Source: Thermoanaerobaculia bacterium
GTDB taxonomy: Bacteria; Acidobacteriota; Thermoanaerobaculia; Multivoradales; JAHEKO01
Assembly: GCA_049664225.1 (NCBI GenBank)
Contig: JBATEX010000114.1
Coordinates: 56,351-120,350 of the forward strand
Length of the DNA stretch: 64,000 nt
Direction of reading: 5' to 3'
In this document: piece after piece, positions 22,093-31,516 of the stretch
How the letters are laid out: each line of letters opens with the position of its first letter
How positions within the stretch are numbered: the first letter of the stretch is position 1
Made by a program: the position numbers and the translations under genes
The notes under the pieces: generated by a model
What the model was told of the DNA's origin: nothing
Databases searched by the model: none
Seen by the model: the letters and a program-made list of their open reading frames with translations, nothing else

Positions 22093-22129
22093 CGGGGAGG
22101 CAGACCGACAGGCGGAGAGGGGGTAGCGG

Positions 22130-22450
22130 ATGGATTGGCAAGAGGCGAAGGAGGCGACTCTCCACCAGTGGCGGGAGCTGAGATCCTCGGTCGACAGACT
22201 GGACGAGGTCCATCTGCTCAAGGAGATCAACGCGGTCAACGAGCTGTGCGAAAAGGCCAAGCAGCAGGCCCACGGCGAGATGAACCGTTGCAACTACTGC
22301 ATCGCGTTTCATCAGTTTGGTGGTTGTATGGGTGTCAGTCTCCAGATGAGCGAGTGTGCCGTCGACGGTGACAAAGAGAGGCTCAAAGAGCTGATGGACG
22401 GGTTCATCGGTCAGCTCGAGAGCCTGGAGCCGACGGACGCCACAGCTTGA
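22130..22450 (+). CDS. small Cys-containing hypothetical protein
   Basis: 106-aa ORF with CNYC...C...C. Confidence 0.35.
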   Translation: MDWQEAKEATLHQWRELRSSVDRLDEVHLLKEINAVNELCEKAKQQAHGEMNRCNYCIAFHQFGGCMGVSLQMSECAVDGDKERLKELMDGFIGQLESLEPTDATA

Positions 22451-22511
22451 AGCGGCCGGCGCCTCTGCCGGCCGTTCTTCTCGAGAATCGCCTCTGCTAG
22501 GGTCGCGTGGG

Positions 22512-24059
22512 ATGGCCATGTCTGGGGTTGATGGCTCGCGGGTTCCTCATTGGGTCTCATGGATCCTTCTGCTCGGGGTCGCTCTCGGTCTGCGGGTCTG
22601 GGGGTTGCAGGACGATCCGAACGGGTTCTGGACCGACGAAGCGGCCAACGGTTACTTTTCATATTGCCTTCTTGAAACAGGTCGTGGGCCTTCGGGCGAG
22701 CTCCTACCGCTCTTCTCGCAGTCCCTGGGAGACGCAAATGAGTCCCTCTACCGCTTTCTGACGGTGCCGAGCCTGGCGCTCTTCGGGCTGACGGCCTTCG
22801 CCGTGCGACTGCCAGCGGCCCTTGCCGGCATGCTGACGGTGTGGAGTTTGCAGCGGGTCACGAGTGCCTGGTTCGGCCGGGTCGCGGGCTGGTCTGCGGC
22901 CTGGCTGCTGGCGCTAAGCCCCTGGCACCTGCAATTCAGTCGGGCCGCATTTCGCACCATTCTGCTGCCGCTGCTCGTCTGTCTGGGCTTGCAGGCATTC
23001 CAGCAGGGCATCGGTGCCAGGCCGCGACGCCTCCTACTGAGTGGTTTCCTGTTCGGGCTCGGGCTCTATTCCTACTCGGCGGGCAGGGTCTTCGTGCCGC
23101 TCCTGGTCGGGAGTCTGTGTCTACTCTTCTGGCGCGAGCTTCTTCGACGGCGTCGTGACGCGATCGGTTTCGTCCTCATCTTCGTCGCGATCCTGCTTGT
23201 GCTGCTGCCATTCTGGGTCTCGTCTTCAGGCCTGGCTCGGGCCGAATCGGTGCGGGTGGAGACCTGGGGTCAGGGTGTCCTCAATTACCTCTCCTACTTC
23301 GACCCGGCTTTCCTGTTCTTTGAGGGTGACGACCTTCTGAGACACAGTTTGAGGGGCTTCGGGCAGTTGCACCGCATGGAGATGCTGACACTGCTCCTGG
23401 GCTTCACGGTCATGGCGAGCGAGAGAAGACGGTCACACTGGGTCTTGCTGGCGTGGCTGCTGGCCTATCCGCTGGCCGCAGCAGTTGCGGTCGAACCTCA
23501 CCATGCCTTGCGATCGCTCATCGGGGCACCAATCTTCGCCATCATCTCGGGGGTCGGTCTCGGAGCGCTCTACCAGCAGGTCGGCAAGCCGAGGGTGCGA
23601 CAGGTTGTGATCGGAATGTTCTCGGCGGCGCTCCTCGTGTCGGCTGGGCTCTGGGTGATGGCCTATTTCGGCAGCTATCGAGTGTATGGCGCCCCAGCCT
23701 GGAAGTATGGCTTCGAGGAGGCGCTTACCGTGGCTGGTGAGTCGTCAGCTCCCTGCCTGGTGATGAGCAACGAGTTGATGGCGCCACACCTCTTCTATCT
23801 CTTCTACCGCCAGGTCGACCCAGAGGTGTACCGCGTCTCGCCGTGGTCGGCGGCGCCCGACATCAAGATCGAGAGCTACACCCTGGGGAACTTCCACGTT
23901 CTGTCCGTCGAGTCGGCACTGGTCCGGCACTCAGAATGCGCCTTTATCACCGAAGCCTGGGAGCGCCCGGTCGCCACCGACGGCCACACGGTGCACTATC
24001 CGGATGGGACCGCTGCTTTGCAGGTGTTCCAGGTCTCGCCTGCGCTACGCGCGCCGTGA
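22512..24059 (+). CDS. GT-C fold membrane glycosyltransferase (ArnT/PMT, GT39/GT83-like)
   Basis: Polytopic protein with a DE motif in the first periplasmic loop (FWTDEAANGYFSY), as in ArnT/PMT families. Confidence 0.55.
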   Translation: MAMSGVDGSRVPHWVSWILLLGVALGLRVWGLQDDPNGFWTDEAANGYFSYCLLETGRGPSGELLPLFSQSLGDANESLYRFLTVPSLALFGLTAFAVRLPAALAGMLTVWSLQRVTSAWFGRVAGWSAAWLLALSPWHLQFSRAAFRTILLPLLVCLGLQAFQQGIGARPRRLLLSGFLFGLGLYSYSAGRVFVPLLVGSLCLLFWRELLRRRRDAIGFVLIFVAILLVLLPFWVSSSGLARAESVRVETWGQGVLNYLSYFDPAFLFFEGDDLLRHSLRGFGQLHRMEMLTLLLGFTVMASERRRSHWVLLAWLLAYPLAAAVAVEPHHALRSLIGAPIFAIISGVGLGALYQQVGKPRVRQVVIGMFSAALLVSAGLWVMAYFGSYRVYGAPAWKYGFEEALTVAGESSAPCLVMSNELMAPHLFYLFYRQVDPEVYRVSPWSAAPDIKIESYTLGNFHVLSVESALVRHSECAFITEAWERPVATDGHTVHYPDGTAALQVFQVSPALRAP

Positions 24060-24123
24060 GGTCTTGGGTCCTGAGACCTCGGCAAATGCTCATGATCTTG
24101 TGAGGTCAGCCCCGGGGGTAGGA

Positions 24124-24167
24124 CCCCCGGGGGCTATCCTCCCTTCCGCTGCAAGAACCCCCTGGGA
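24124..24167. repeat. family B hairpin element, copy 2
   Basis: CCCCCGGGGGCTATCCTCCCTTCCGCTGCAAGAACCCCCTGGG. The loop is identical to copies 3 and 4. Confidence 0.75.
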
Positions 24168-24254
24168 TCCTACCCCCCGAACCGACCTCTTGGACGTACC
24201 CAGAGAGCTCCATCCCTTCAGCTGGAATAATCCTCTGTTGGTCCCCACGGACGG

Positions 24255-24392
24255 GCCTCAACGAGATCGTGGTCCCTCAGTGCCTCAAGCCCTCGAAGAC
24301 CGGTCGGCGAAGTCGCCGAGCGGCTCAACCCCCAAGCCCTCAAAGGTCGGCCCGGAGGAACGACGGACGATTCAACCCCCTGCGCTGGGATC
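24255..24392. repeat. REP/BIME-like dispersed repeat family A (CCTCAACCCCCAAGCCCTCAAAG... units with GC hairpins)
   Basis: The 50-mer AGACCGGTCGGCGAAGTCGCCGAGCGGCTCAACCCCCAAGCCCTCAAAG at 24296-24345 recurs at 36056-36105 with one mismatch. Confidence 0.75.
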
Positions 24393-24405
24393 GGCCGTAG
24401 GGCGA

Positions 24406-24825
24406 TCATTTGACAAGCAGGACGGGGCAGCGGGCGAGAACGGCGACCTGGTGGCTGATGGAGGTCCAGGTCTTTTCGGGTCGTTCCGGGTCCAGCTGAC
24501 GGGACGAAAGGACGATGAGGTCCGTGCCATGCTGGTCGGCATAGCCGACGATCTCCCGGGCTCGATTCCCGTAGGTGATCTGCTGGTCTACGGTCCTGCC
24601 AGTCACGGTCAGGGGAGCCGCCAGGTCGACCATGGCCTTGCGCGCCTTCTCTTCGAGTCGCTGGTAGAACTCCTTCATGTCCTCGAACTCGGCATCTGCG
24701 ATCGCCTCGATCACGTGGAGGAGGGTCACGCTGCCGTCTTCGCTGGCGGCGAGCTGCGAAGCCACTTCGATGGCAGCTCGGTTGGAGTCGGTCAGATCCA
24801 CTGGAACCAGGATTTTGGTGAACAT
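24406..24825 (-). CDS. universal stress protein (single UspA domain)
   Basis: MFTKILVPVDLTDSNRAA...GTDLIVLSSRQ...ARCPVLLVK. Confidence 0.85.
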   Translation of the reverse strand: MFTKILVPVDLTDSNRAAIEVASQLAASEDGSVTLLHVIEAIADAEFEDMKEFYQRLEEKARKAMVDLAAPLTVTGRTVDQQITYGNRAREIVGYADQHGTDLIVLSSRQLDPERPEKTWTSISHQVAVLARCPVLLVK

Positions 24826-24848
24826 GGCAAAGCTCCCGACAGGCTTCC

Positions 24849-25325
24849 TCAGGCGTTCTGGAGATCGGCGAAGTCCTGCGTCTCGAGGTCGAAGGTCTTG
24901 GCGAATCCGGCAACCAGCCGGGCCGACTCGATACGCAGTTGGTAGAGGGTGAAGTCCGCGAGCTGGAAGGTGATCTGGCTCTTTGGAAACTTCTCGAGGT
25001 AGGCGTGCTGGCCGGCAGCGTAAGCGGGCTCTTCGCGGGACAGTGGGCGGACGGTTCCTTCGAGGGTGATTCGGCCCAGCTGTGCGGGATTCTTGTCAGG
25101 CGAGGAGTCGAGCTCGTGGATCAATAGAGCGAAGGGAGCGTCGGCTTGGAGGCCCGCCGAATGCCGAGCCATGCTCGAGGCGTGGATTAGGGCCGCGGAG
25201 CCATCCTCGGTCAGCGCGAAAGGCACCATGCTGGCGAACGGTCTGCCCTCCACCAGTACCGCGAGGCTGGCGACCCTCTGCCCGGTGAGAAGGTGCTTCA
25301 ACAGGTCACGTTCTTCTTGTTCCAT
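24849..25325 (-). CDS. pyridoxamine 5'-phosphate oxidase-like FMN-binding protein (general stress protein 26 family)
   Basis: Start MEQEERDLLKHLLTGQRVASLAVL.... This fits the split-barrel PNPOx-like pattern. Confidence 0.55.
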   Translation of the reverse strand: MEQEERDLLKHLLTGQRVASLAVLVEGRPFASMVPFALTEDGSAALIHASSMARHSAGLQADAPFALLIHELDSSPDKNPAQLGRITLEGTVRPLSREEPAYAAGQHAYLEKFPKSQITFQLADFTLYQLRIESARLVAGFAKTFDLETQDFADLQNA

Positions 25326-25388
25326 AGTGCTGCCTTTCCTTGTTTTGATACCAACGGGAGGGGGCAAGCGCCGCACCACCGCATCGAT

Positions 25389-25412
25389 ATCGTCACTCCC
25401 CTAAGCCCCTAA
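25389..25412. repeat. short tandem repeat (CCCCTAAG) 3 times
   Basis: CCCCTAAGCCCCTAAGCCCCTAA. Preceded by the family-C-like fragment GGAGGGGGCAAGCGCCGC. Confidence 0.7.
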
Positions 25413-25416
25413 GCCC

Positions 25417-25983
25417 CTAATCATGGTTGTACTTCAGAGGCGTGCTCTCATGGAGCCCTTCAGCCTTCTTGGTCTCGTAGTCGAAAGTGTAGTCGGGGAT
25501 CGGCACCTGTTCGTTGTGGCACTGGGTACAGACCGCCTCGTCTACGGGGTGAACCAGACCGACACCGACTAGGTCCGCCCGTTTGTATTCCTTGTTCTTG
25601 AGCGTCATGTAGCCGTCCTGGGTGTATCCGGCCCCGGCTCCATGACACATCTCGCAACCGACGCCGGCCAGATCGGGAGTGGCTTCGATGCTGGTGAAGC
25701 CGCCCTCTTTGCCGAGACCGGTCACATGGCAACGGACACAGGCCTCATCAGTGGTGTAATCCACTTCGGGATCGAGTCCGAGCTCGGCCTTGCGTTCCAC
25801 GTCTACCCCCGGCTTGAGTGTCTCGAAGGCGTTGGCCATCTTGGTCTCGGACCAGGACTTCCATTGCTTGATGTGGCACTTCTTGCAGTTCTTGGTGCCG
25901 ATGTAGGAATGCTCGCCATTTGCGGCTGACGCCAGCAAAAGAGCTGGGATGAACAGCAGCGAAAGAACTATTGCCTTCTTCAT
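25417..25983 (-). CDS. periplasmic tetrahaem cytochrome c
   Basis: Signal peptide MKKAIVLSLLFIPALLLASA. Four CxxCH motifs (CKKCH, CVRCH, CEMCH, CTQCH). Confidence 0.85.
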   Translation of the reverse strand: MKKAIVLSLLFIPALLLASAANGEHSYIGTKNCKKCHIKQWKSWSETKMANAFETLKPGVDVERKAELGLDPEVDYTTDEACVRCHVTGLGKEGGFTSIEATPDLAGVGCEMCHGAGAGYTQDGYMTLKNKEYKRADLVGVGLVHPVDEAVCTQCHNEQVPIPDYTFDYETKKAEGLHESTPLKYNHD

Positions 25984-26210
25984 AGGCTCATCTCCTTTTC
26001 TTCAGAACGATCGCGTTCCAAGAGTTCCGCGGCGCGGCATTGTCATCATATCGAATTGCCGGCGCCAGGACCTACCCGTTCAGGTGGTGGGCCCTGGGCC
26101 ACGAAAGCGATAGTCTAGGTGCGGCAGAGGGCCGGGTCAGCGCCAACCTTGGTCGAGCTCTCCGATGTTTCTTTGTATCCTCGTTGGGACCTGAGAAGAA
26201 AGGAGACAGG

Positions 26211-27572
26211 ATGGACTATCCGATCTGGGATATTGCTATAGGCGGCGGTGTCCTGATGGGCATCGTCGCGATCACCCACGTCATCGTCTCGCACTTCGCT
26301 ATCGGCGGCGGATTGCTGATCGCCGTTACCGAGACTCTGGCGGTGCGGCGGAACGACTCCGAGATGCGGGATCTAGCCAAGCGCTCGTCGCTGGTCCTCA
26401 TCCTGTTCTCGACCGTTTTCGGTGCCATCTCCGGGGTGGGGATCTGGGTAGTGGCCGGCTTGATCTCGCCGGCGGCGATCTCCGCTCTCATCCGCAATTT
26501 CGTCTGGGGATGGGCGATCGAGTGGGTGTTCTTCATCGTCGAAATCGTGGCGGCGCTGGTCTACTTTGCCACCTGGAACAAGATCTCGAAGCGGGCGCAC
26601 GTGATGGTGATCTGGATCTACTTCATCGCGGCCTATCTCTCGCTGGTGATCATCAACGGCATCGTCACCTTCATGCTGACTCCCGGCAAGTGGCTCCAGA
26701 CCGGGGCCTTTTGGGATGGTTTCTTCAACCCGACCTATTTCCCGAGCTTGTTGCTGAGGACGGGCATCGCCATCCTGATGGCTGTCGCCTTCATGGTTTG
26801 GCCGGCGAGAAAAGCCTCGGCTGAGGCCCTGCCGAGATTGAATCGGTATCTGGGTCTATGGGCTGTCGTGGGAGCACTGATCTCCTATGCCGGCTACCGG
26901 TGGTGGGAATCGGCCCTGCCGGAATCGACGCGAGACCTCTTCCTCGGAGACGGGGCGTTGCTCGATGGCCTGGCTTTCACCCGTCACGAGGTGATGTGGT
27001 CGGTCGCACTTTTCTTGGTGCTGTCGATTATCTTCCTGTTGGCTCTGCCGAAAATGGCCAAGGTCATTCCGCTCCTGTTGATCACGATCGCGGCCTTCTC
27101 GTTCTTCGGCAGCTACGAGCGACTCCGCGAGGGAACTCGCAAGCCATTCATCATCCACGACTACATGTTCTCCAACGGTGTCCTGGTCGATGAAATCGGG
27201 GAGCTCAACGAGAACGGGATGCTCTCCAAGGCGCGGTGGGCGGCCCGAGTGCCGGCGACGAACTCGGTGGAGATGGGCCGACAGGTCTTCGATGCCCAGT
27301 GCCGAAGCTGTCATACGATCGATGGCTATCTCTCCATCCGGGAGCTGGCCCCCGAAGATCCGGACATGACGTACAGCATTCTGTACGCCCTCTACGACCA
27401 GGGCGAGATGTTCACCGCGCTGGAACCGGGTGAGGCGGTGGCCATGGGGGATCTGAACTACCCGTTCATGCCGCCCTTCGTGGGTACCGAAGAGGAGATG
27501 GAAGCTCTGGTCGATTTCATCGCCTCGCTCACGACGCCAGACGGTGAAGCGGCGGCCAAAGGAGGTGTCTGA
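26211..27572 (+). CDS. cytochrome bd-like (CydA-family) membrane protein fused to a C-terminal monohaem cytochrome c domain
   Basis: Start after AAAGGAG. The first helix is ...THVIVSHFAIGGG, a CydA-like His-x-x-x-LTLG-type pattern. A helix with buried Glu (GWAIEWVFFIVEIV) follows. The C-terminal soluble domain carries CRSCH. Confidence 0.45.
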   Translation: MDYPIWDIAIGGGVLMGIVAITHVIVSHFAIGGGLLIAVTETLAVRRNDSEMRDLAKRSSLVLILFSTVFGAISGVGIWVVAGLISPAAISALIRNFVWGWAIEWVFFIVEIVAALVYFATWNKISKRAHVMVIWIYFIAAYLSLVIINGIVTFMLTPGKWLQTGAFWDGFFNPTYFPSLLLRTGIAILMAVAFMVWPARKASAEALPRLNRYLGLWAVVGALISYAGYRWWESALPESTRDLFLGDGALLDGLAFTRHEVMWSVALFLVLSIIFLLALPKMAKVIPLLLITIAAFSFFGSYERLREGTRKPFIIHDYMFSNGVLVDEIGELNENGMLSKARWAARVPATNSVEMGRQVFDAQCRSCHTIDGYLSIRELAPEDPDMTYSILYALYDQGEMFTALEPGEAVAMGDLNYPFMPPFVGTEEEMEALVDFIASLTTPDGEAAAKGGV

Positions 27573-28690
27573 TGGGTAACGAGCTGATTCCTGCTTTGGA
27601 CGCATTTCCGATTCCGGGACCGGTGTGGCTCTTTCACTTCCTGCTGGTTTTTACGTTCATCCTGCACATGCTGTTCATGAACCTGACGCTGGGCGGCACC
27701 ATCCTGGCCGCGTTGAGCCAGTTGTTCTCGAGGGGTAAGGCAGATGACTACAGGGCTGTAATGGCGATGCGACTGATGGGCATCAACACCTACGGCATCT
27801 CGCTGACGATCACCTCCGGCATAGCGCCGCTGTTGTTCGTACAGGTGCTCTACCAGCAATACTTCTACACTGCCACGATCATGATTGCGTGGACCTGGTT
27901 GATGTCCCTGGTGTTCCTGATGGTCGGCTACTACGCGGCCTATCTCTACAAGTTCAGGGGGACGCCGACGAAGGGTTCCGGTGGCACCGCGTGGCTGTGG
28001 CTCTCCGCGATCATGTTCTTCATCATCGCGATGGTGCATGTGGCGGTCAACCTCATTCACTCTCAGCCGGACAAGTGGGCGGCGCTGGCCGACAACCCGC
28101 TAGCGATTTTGGGTGATGCTGCGTTCTGGCCCCGACTCTTCCATTTCGTTTTCGCAGGATTGGGCTTCAGTGGGGTGGTCGTAGCGTGGTGGGCAGCGCG
28201 CCAGGCCGGCAAGGGCGTCGAGGTCGAGCTCAACACCAGGATCGCGAGCTACGCTTGGAAGTGGGCGCTGTGGACCACGCTGCTGCAGATTGCCGATGGG
28301 TTCCTGCTGGTCATGGTGCTGCCGCGACCGGTGCTGCTCGGCTTCATGCGGGGCGGCATGGCGACCATGCTGCCGTTCACCCTGGGCATTCTTCTTGCCC
28401 TCGGGCTGTTGGTGATGTTGGCCAAGGTGTCGAACCCGGTGGAGAAGTTCTCGACGGTCAACGGCACCCTGATGGGGATGATCGCCACGATCGCGATCAT
28501 GTCCATCACCCGGCACCAGATTCGGGCGATCTATCTCGAACCGGTGACTGCCCGATTCCGTTTGGAGACGGCGCCGCAGTGGGGCAACTTCACTTTATTC
28601 GCCCTGCTGCTCGTAGCGGGTCTCTACACCGTGTACTACATGGTCAGGGAGGTCCTCGAGAGTCGTGCAGCCGGGCAAGACGCCGCCTGA
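27572..28690 (+). CDS. second CydA-like membrane protein (cydA' paralog)
   Basis: The first helix WLFHFLLVFTFILHMLFMNLTLGG is close to E. coli CydA MYHFLFVPLTLG. The ATG overlaps the upstream stop. Confidence 0.45.
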   Translation: MGNELIPALDAFPIPGPVWLFHFLLVFTFILHMLFMNLTLGGTILAALSQLFSRGKADDYRAVMAMRLMGINTYGISLTITSGIAPLLFVQVLYQQYFYTATIMIAWTWLMSLVFLMVGYYAAYLYKFRGTPTKGSGGTAWLWLSAIMFFIIAMVHVAVNLIHSQPDKWAALADNPLAILGDAAFWPRLFHFVFAGLGFSGVVVAWWAARQAGKGVEVELNTRIASYAWKWALWTTLLQIADGFLLVMVLPRPVLLGFMRGGMATMLPFTLGILLALGLLVMLAKVSNPVEKFSTVNGTLMGMIATIAIMSITRHQIRAIYLEPVTARFRLETAPQWGNFTLFALLLVAGLYTVYYMVREVLESRAAGQDAA

Positions 28691-28940
28691 TGGCTCTTGC
28701 GTTCGAAAACGATCTGATGCGGAGCGGGCCCCTGGCTCGCTCCGTATTTTGTTTGTCGGCACGAAACACGACCCACCTGTTGGGATAGGCACCCAGTCCG
28801 CCCCAAGAGATATGGGAGATTGGTGGGAACGGGCGTATAAAAGGGCTCGAGGGTCGGGGTTCGGAGCTTGGTCCTAGCGAGACCAAGGCAGGGAAGAGTT
28901 CCGAAATACTTCACTTGCGCTGCTTGGAGGGGGGTTTGTC

Positions 28941-30845
28941 GTGGGATCCAGGATTCTCCGATTCATGCTGGTCGCCTCCCTTGGTGGGGGCGCGGCCTTT
29001 CTCGTATCGCCGGCACCATCAGCAGGCGCCGATGCGCCGATGTGCCTCGACTGTCACGACACCGATGTCGATGCGTTCGCTGAATCCGTTCACGGCTTCG
29101 CGGAGTGTCTCGACTGCCACGTGGGTGCCGACTCGGAAGACCACCCGGAAGTTGGCACGAAGGCCGACTGCACAGGCTGTCATGAAGGGGAGGTGGAACA
29201 GCACCATCTCAGTGTGCATGGTCGGATGGAGGCCTCCGGTCGACTTCCCGGCAATGGTGGCTGCGGCAGCTGTCACGGCGACATTCATACTCTTCTACTG
29301 CACGAAGATCCGGCGTCGGCGACCAATCCGCTTAGCATTGCCGGCACCTGTGGTAGCTGTCACTCCGATCCTGATCTGGCAGCCGATCTCGGAATCCGCC
29401 TCGTGCAGCCGATCGAGGCGTACAGCGAGAGCGTGCATTCGCGAGCCGTCCAGCGGGGTGTCAAGGCGGCCACTTGCTCCGAGTGCCATGGGACTCACGA
29501 CATCCAACCGGCTGCGAGGGTGGATTCAAGAGTCCATGCCGACAAAATCCCCCAGACCTGCGGCAAATGCCATGGCTCGGTGACCGCGGTTTTCAACGAG
29601 AGCGTCCATGGCCGGGCCGTGGCGCACGGCCTGGAGGATGCTCCGACCTGCACCGACTGCCATGGCGAGCACCGCATTTTGGAACCCAAGCGCGGTGACT
29701 CCACCGTCTATCCGACCAACCTGCCGAAGATGACCTGCGGCCGCTGCCACGGTGATCTGGCGCTGTCCGACAAGTTCGGGATGGAGGAGGACAAGGTCCC
29801 GGCGTACGAAGACAGTTACCACGGCCTGGCTTCCCGCTCCGGAAACGTCGTTGTGGCCAACTGCGCTTCGTGCCACGGCGTGCATGACATCCTGCCTTCG
29901 ACTGACGAGAAGTCGCATACCTTCCCGGATAATCTGGATGAGACCTGCGGCCAATGCCATCCGGGCGCCGGCGAGCGGTTCGCCATCGGCGCAGTGCATG
30001 TGCTGCCGGATGAGCCAGAGCACGCGGCCGTCTACTGGGTCCGCAAGATCTACCTCTGGCTGATCTTTCTCACGATTGGCGGGATGCTGCTGCACAACGC
30101 TCTCGACTTCTACCGGAAGCTCCGGCATCCGTTGCCTCGGCCCTCGGAGCAGGTGGAGGATGCGGTCGAGCGAATGTCGGTGGCGGGTCGCATCACTCAC
30201 GGCCTGTTGGCGGTGAGCTTTATCATCCTGGTCCACACCGGATTCGCACTCAAGTACCCCGAAGCGTGGTGGGCCTGCCCGTTGCCCTTCTTGAAGGGAT
30301 TCTGTGAGCTGCGAGGCTTGATCCACCGCATCGCTGCGGTGGTGATGATTCTCGCTTCGGTGATGCATGTCATCCACTTGATGGTCGATCGCAGGGCCAG
30401 GACCCTGATGAAGGGCATGATTCCCCAGCTCAGCGATCTGCGCGACCTGAAGGGCAAGTTCGACTATTTCCTCGGGCGCACCAAACATCCTCCGAAAGCA
30501 GAGTGGTTCAGCTACCCGGAGAAGATGGAGTATGGAGGGGTCCTGTGGGGCACGTTTGTAATGGCGGTGACAGGAGTGCTCCTCTGGTTCGAGAGCATCA
30601 CGCTCCGGTTCCTACCGAGTTGGACCCTGGATGTGGCGACCACGGTCCACTTCTACGAGGCGATTTTGGCGACTCTCTCAATTGCCATCTGGCACTTCTA
30701 CCACGTGATTTTCGACCCAGCAGTCTATCCAGTGGATACTGCTTTCCTGACCGGCGAGTCGCCACCGATTAGGAACCTCGAGCGCAATCCACCGAAGCTG
30801 CCTGAAGACAAGGATCACCCCCACGCCCCGGCGCATCCAGCGTAG
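28941..30845 (+). CDS. CbcL-like fusion: 11-haem cytochrome c N-domain plus a dihaem cytochrome b (FdnI/HydC-like) membrane domain
   Basis: GTG start after GGAGGGGGG, then a signal peptide. I count 11 CxxCH motifs. The C-terminal half has 4-5 TM helices with conserved His (LHNALDFY, ITHGLLAV, VMHVIHLM, WHFYHVIF). Confidence 0.8.
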   Translation: MGSRILRFMLVASLGGGAAFLVSPAPSAGADAPMCLDCHDTDVDAFAESVHGFAECLDCHVGADSEDHPEVGTKADCTGCHEGEVEQHHLSVHGRMEASGRLPGNGGCGSCHGDIHTLLLHEDPASATNPLSIAGTCGSCHSDPDLAADLGIRLVQPIEAYSESVHSRAVQRGVKAATCSECHGTHDIQPAARVDSRVHADKIPQTCGKCHGSVTAVFNESVHGRAVAHGLEDAPTCTDCHGEHRILEPKRGDSTVYPTNLPKMTCGRCHGDLALSDKFGMEEDKVPAYEDSYHGLASRSGNVVVANCASCHGVHDILPSTDEKSHTFPDNLDETCGQCHPGAGERFAIGAVHVLPDEPEHAAVYWVRKIYLWLIFLTIGGMLLHNALDFYRKLRHPLPRPSEQVEDAVERMSVAGRITHGLLAVSFIILVHTGFALKYPEAWWACPLPFLKGFCELRGLIHRIAAVVMILASVMHVIHLMVDRRARTLMKGMIPQLSDLRDLKGKFDYFLGRTKHPPKAEWFSYPEKMEYGGVLWGTFVMAVTGVLLWFESITLRFLPSWTLDVATTVHFYEAILATLSIAIWHFYHVIFDPAVYPVDTAFLTGESPPIRNLERNPPKLPEDKDHPHAPAHPA

Positions 30846-30916
30846 AGGGTTGAGGCAGCCGGGCGTACCTTCGGCTGGTCTCTGGGGCTTGAGTCCTGGG
30901 TCCTGAGATTGTGAGT
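30846..30916. repeat. family A repeat unit (minus orientation)
   Basis: GGGTTGAGGCAGCCGGGCGTACCTTCGGCTGG...GGGGCTTGAG shares the GGGCTTGGGGGTTGAGGC(A/G)GCCGGC core. Confidence 0.6.
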
Positions 30917-30950
30917 CAGCCGGCAGGCTTGCCGGCTGCCCTACCTTTTT
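30917..30950 (+). terminator. candidate intrinsic terminator after the CbcL-like gene
   Basis: CAGCCGGCA-GGCTT-GCCGGCTG hairpin followed by CCCTACCTTTTTGG. The U-run is displaced 7 nt from the stem. Confidence 0.35.
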
Positions 30951-31048
30951 GGATAGCTCGGAGTCCCCACCCAAAGGACAGCTCTCGGAGGGCCGCAGTG
31001 CTGTAGTCTTCTCGGGTCACCGGACCGACCGGGGAGGAGGAGTGATCC

Positions 31049-31516
31049 ATGGCCGAGGAATCGACTCGCGACGACCTGCCGGAGCTGAGCCCGGGGAGGC
31101 GGAAGTTCCTGCAGTGGCTGACCGGAGGATTCCTCTCCCTATGGGGTGTCGGGTTCCTTTGGGTCATCACCTCGTTTCTGAAGCCTCCACAATCCAAGAG
31201 CAGCATCGCGGAGAGGGTGATCAAGGTGGGGCCACTGGACGATCTGCCTGTTGGTCAGGCCCGCCTGGTCAGAAGGGGTCGAGAACCGATCTGGGTGATC
31301 CGGCCCGACGAGGAGAATCTCGTGGCCCTGGCCGGTGTCTGCACACACATGCACTGCGTGCTCGACTGGGACCCCAAGCAGCGATCGCTCGACTGCCCCT
31401 GCCATGAAGGGGCCTTCGACCTCAATGGCAACGTGCTCAAAGGGCCACCGCCGCAGTCCTTGCGCCGCTACCGTGTCGAGACCCGTCTCGGCGAGATCCA
31501 CCTTCACGTTTCTTGA
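31049..31516 (+). CDS. Rieske [2Fe-2S] subunit of a bc-type complex (Tat signal)
   Basis: RRKFLQWLTGG twin-arginine motif. Rieske boxes CTHMHC and CPCHEG. RBS GGAGGAGG. Confidence 0.9.
   Translation: MAEESTRDDLPELSPGRRKFLQWLTGGFLSLWGVGFLWVITSFLKPPQSKSSIAERVIKVGPLDDLPVGQARLVRRGREPIWVIRPDEENLVALAGVCTHMHCVLDWDPKQRSLDCPCHEGAFDLNGNVLKGPPPQSLRRYRVETRLGEIHLHVS

Noticed and set aside
25995-26015. TGGCGCCGGCAATTCG upstream of the tetrahaem cytochrome as a sigma-54 promoter
   Set aside because: The GG...GC spacing is off by one to two nt from GG-N10-GC. I rejected it as a chance GC-rich match.
28836-28841. TATAAA hexamer ~100 nt upstream of the CbcL-like gene as a sigma-70 -10 box
   Set aside because: There is no acceptable -35 at 17+/-1 nt (the best candidates are TGGGAG or TTGGTG at the wrong spacing). 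It was left uncalled.
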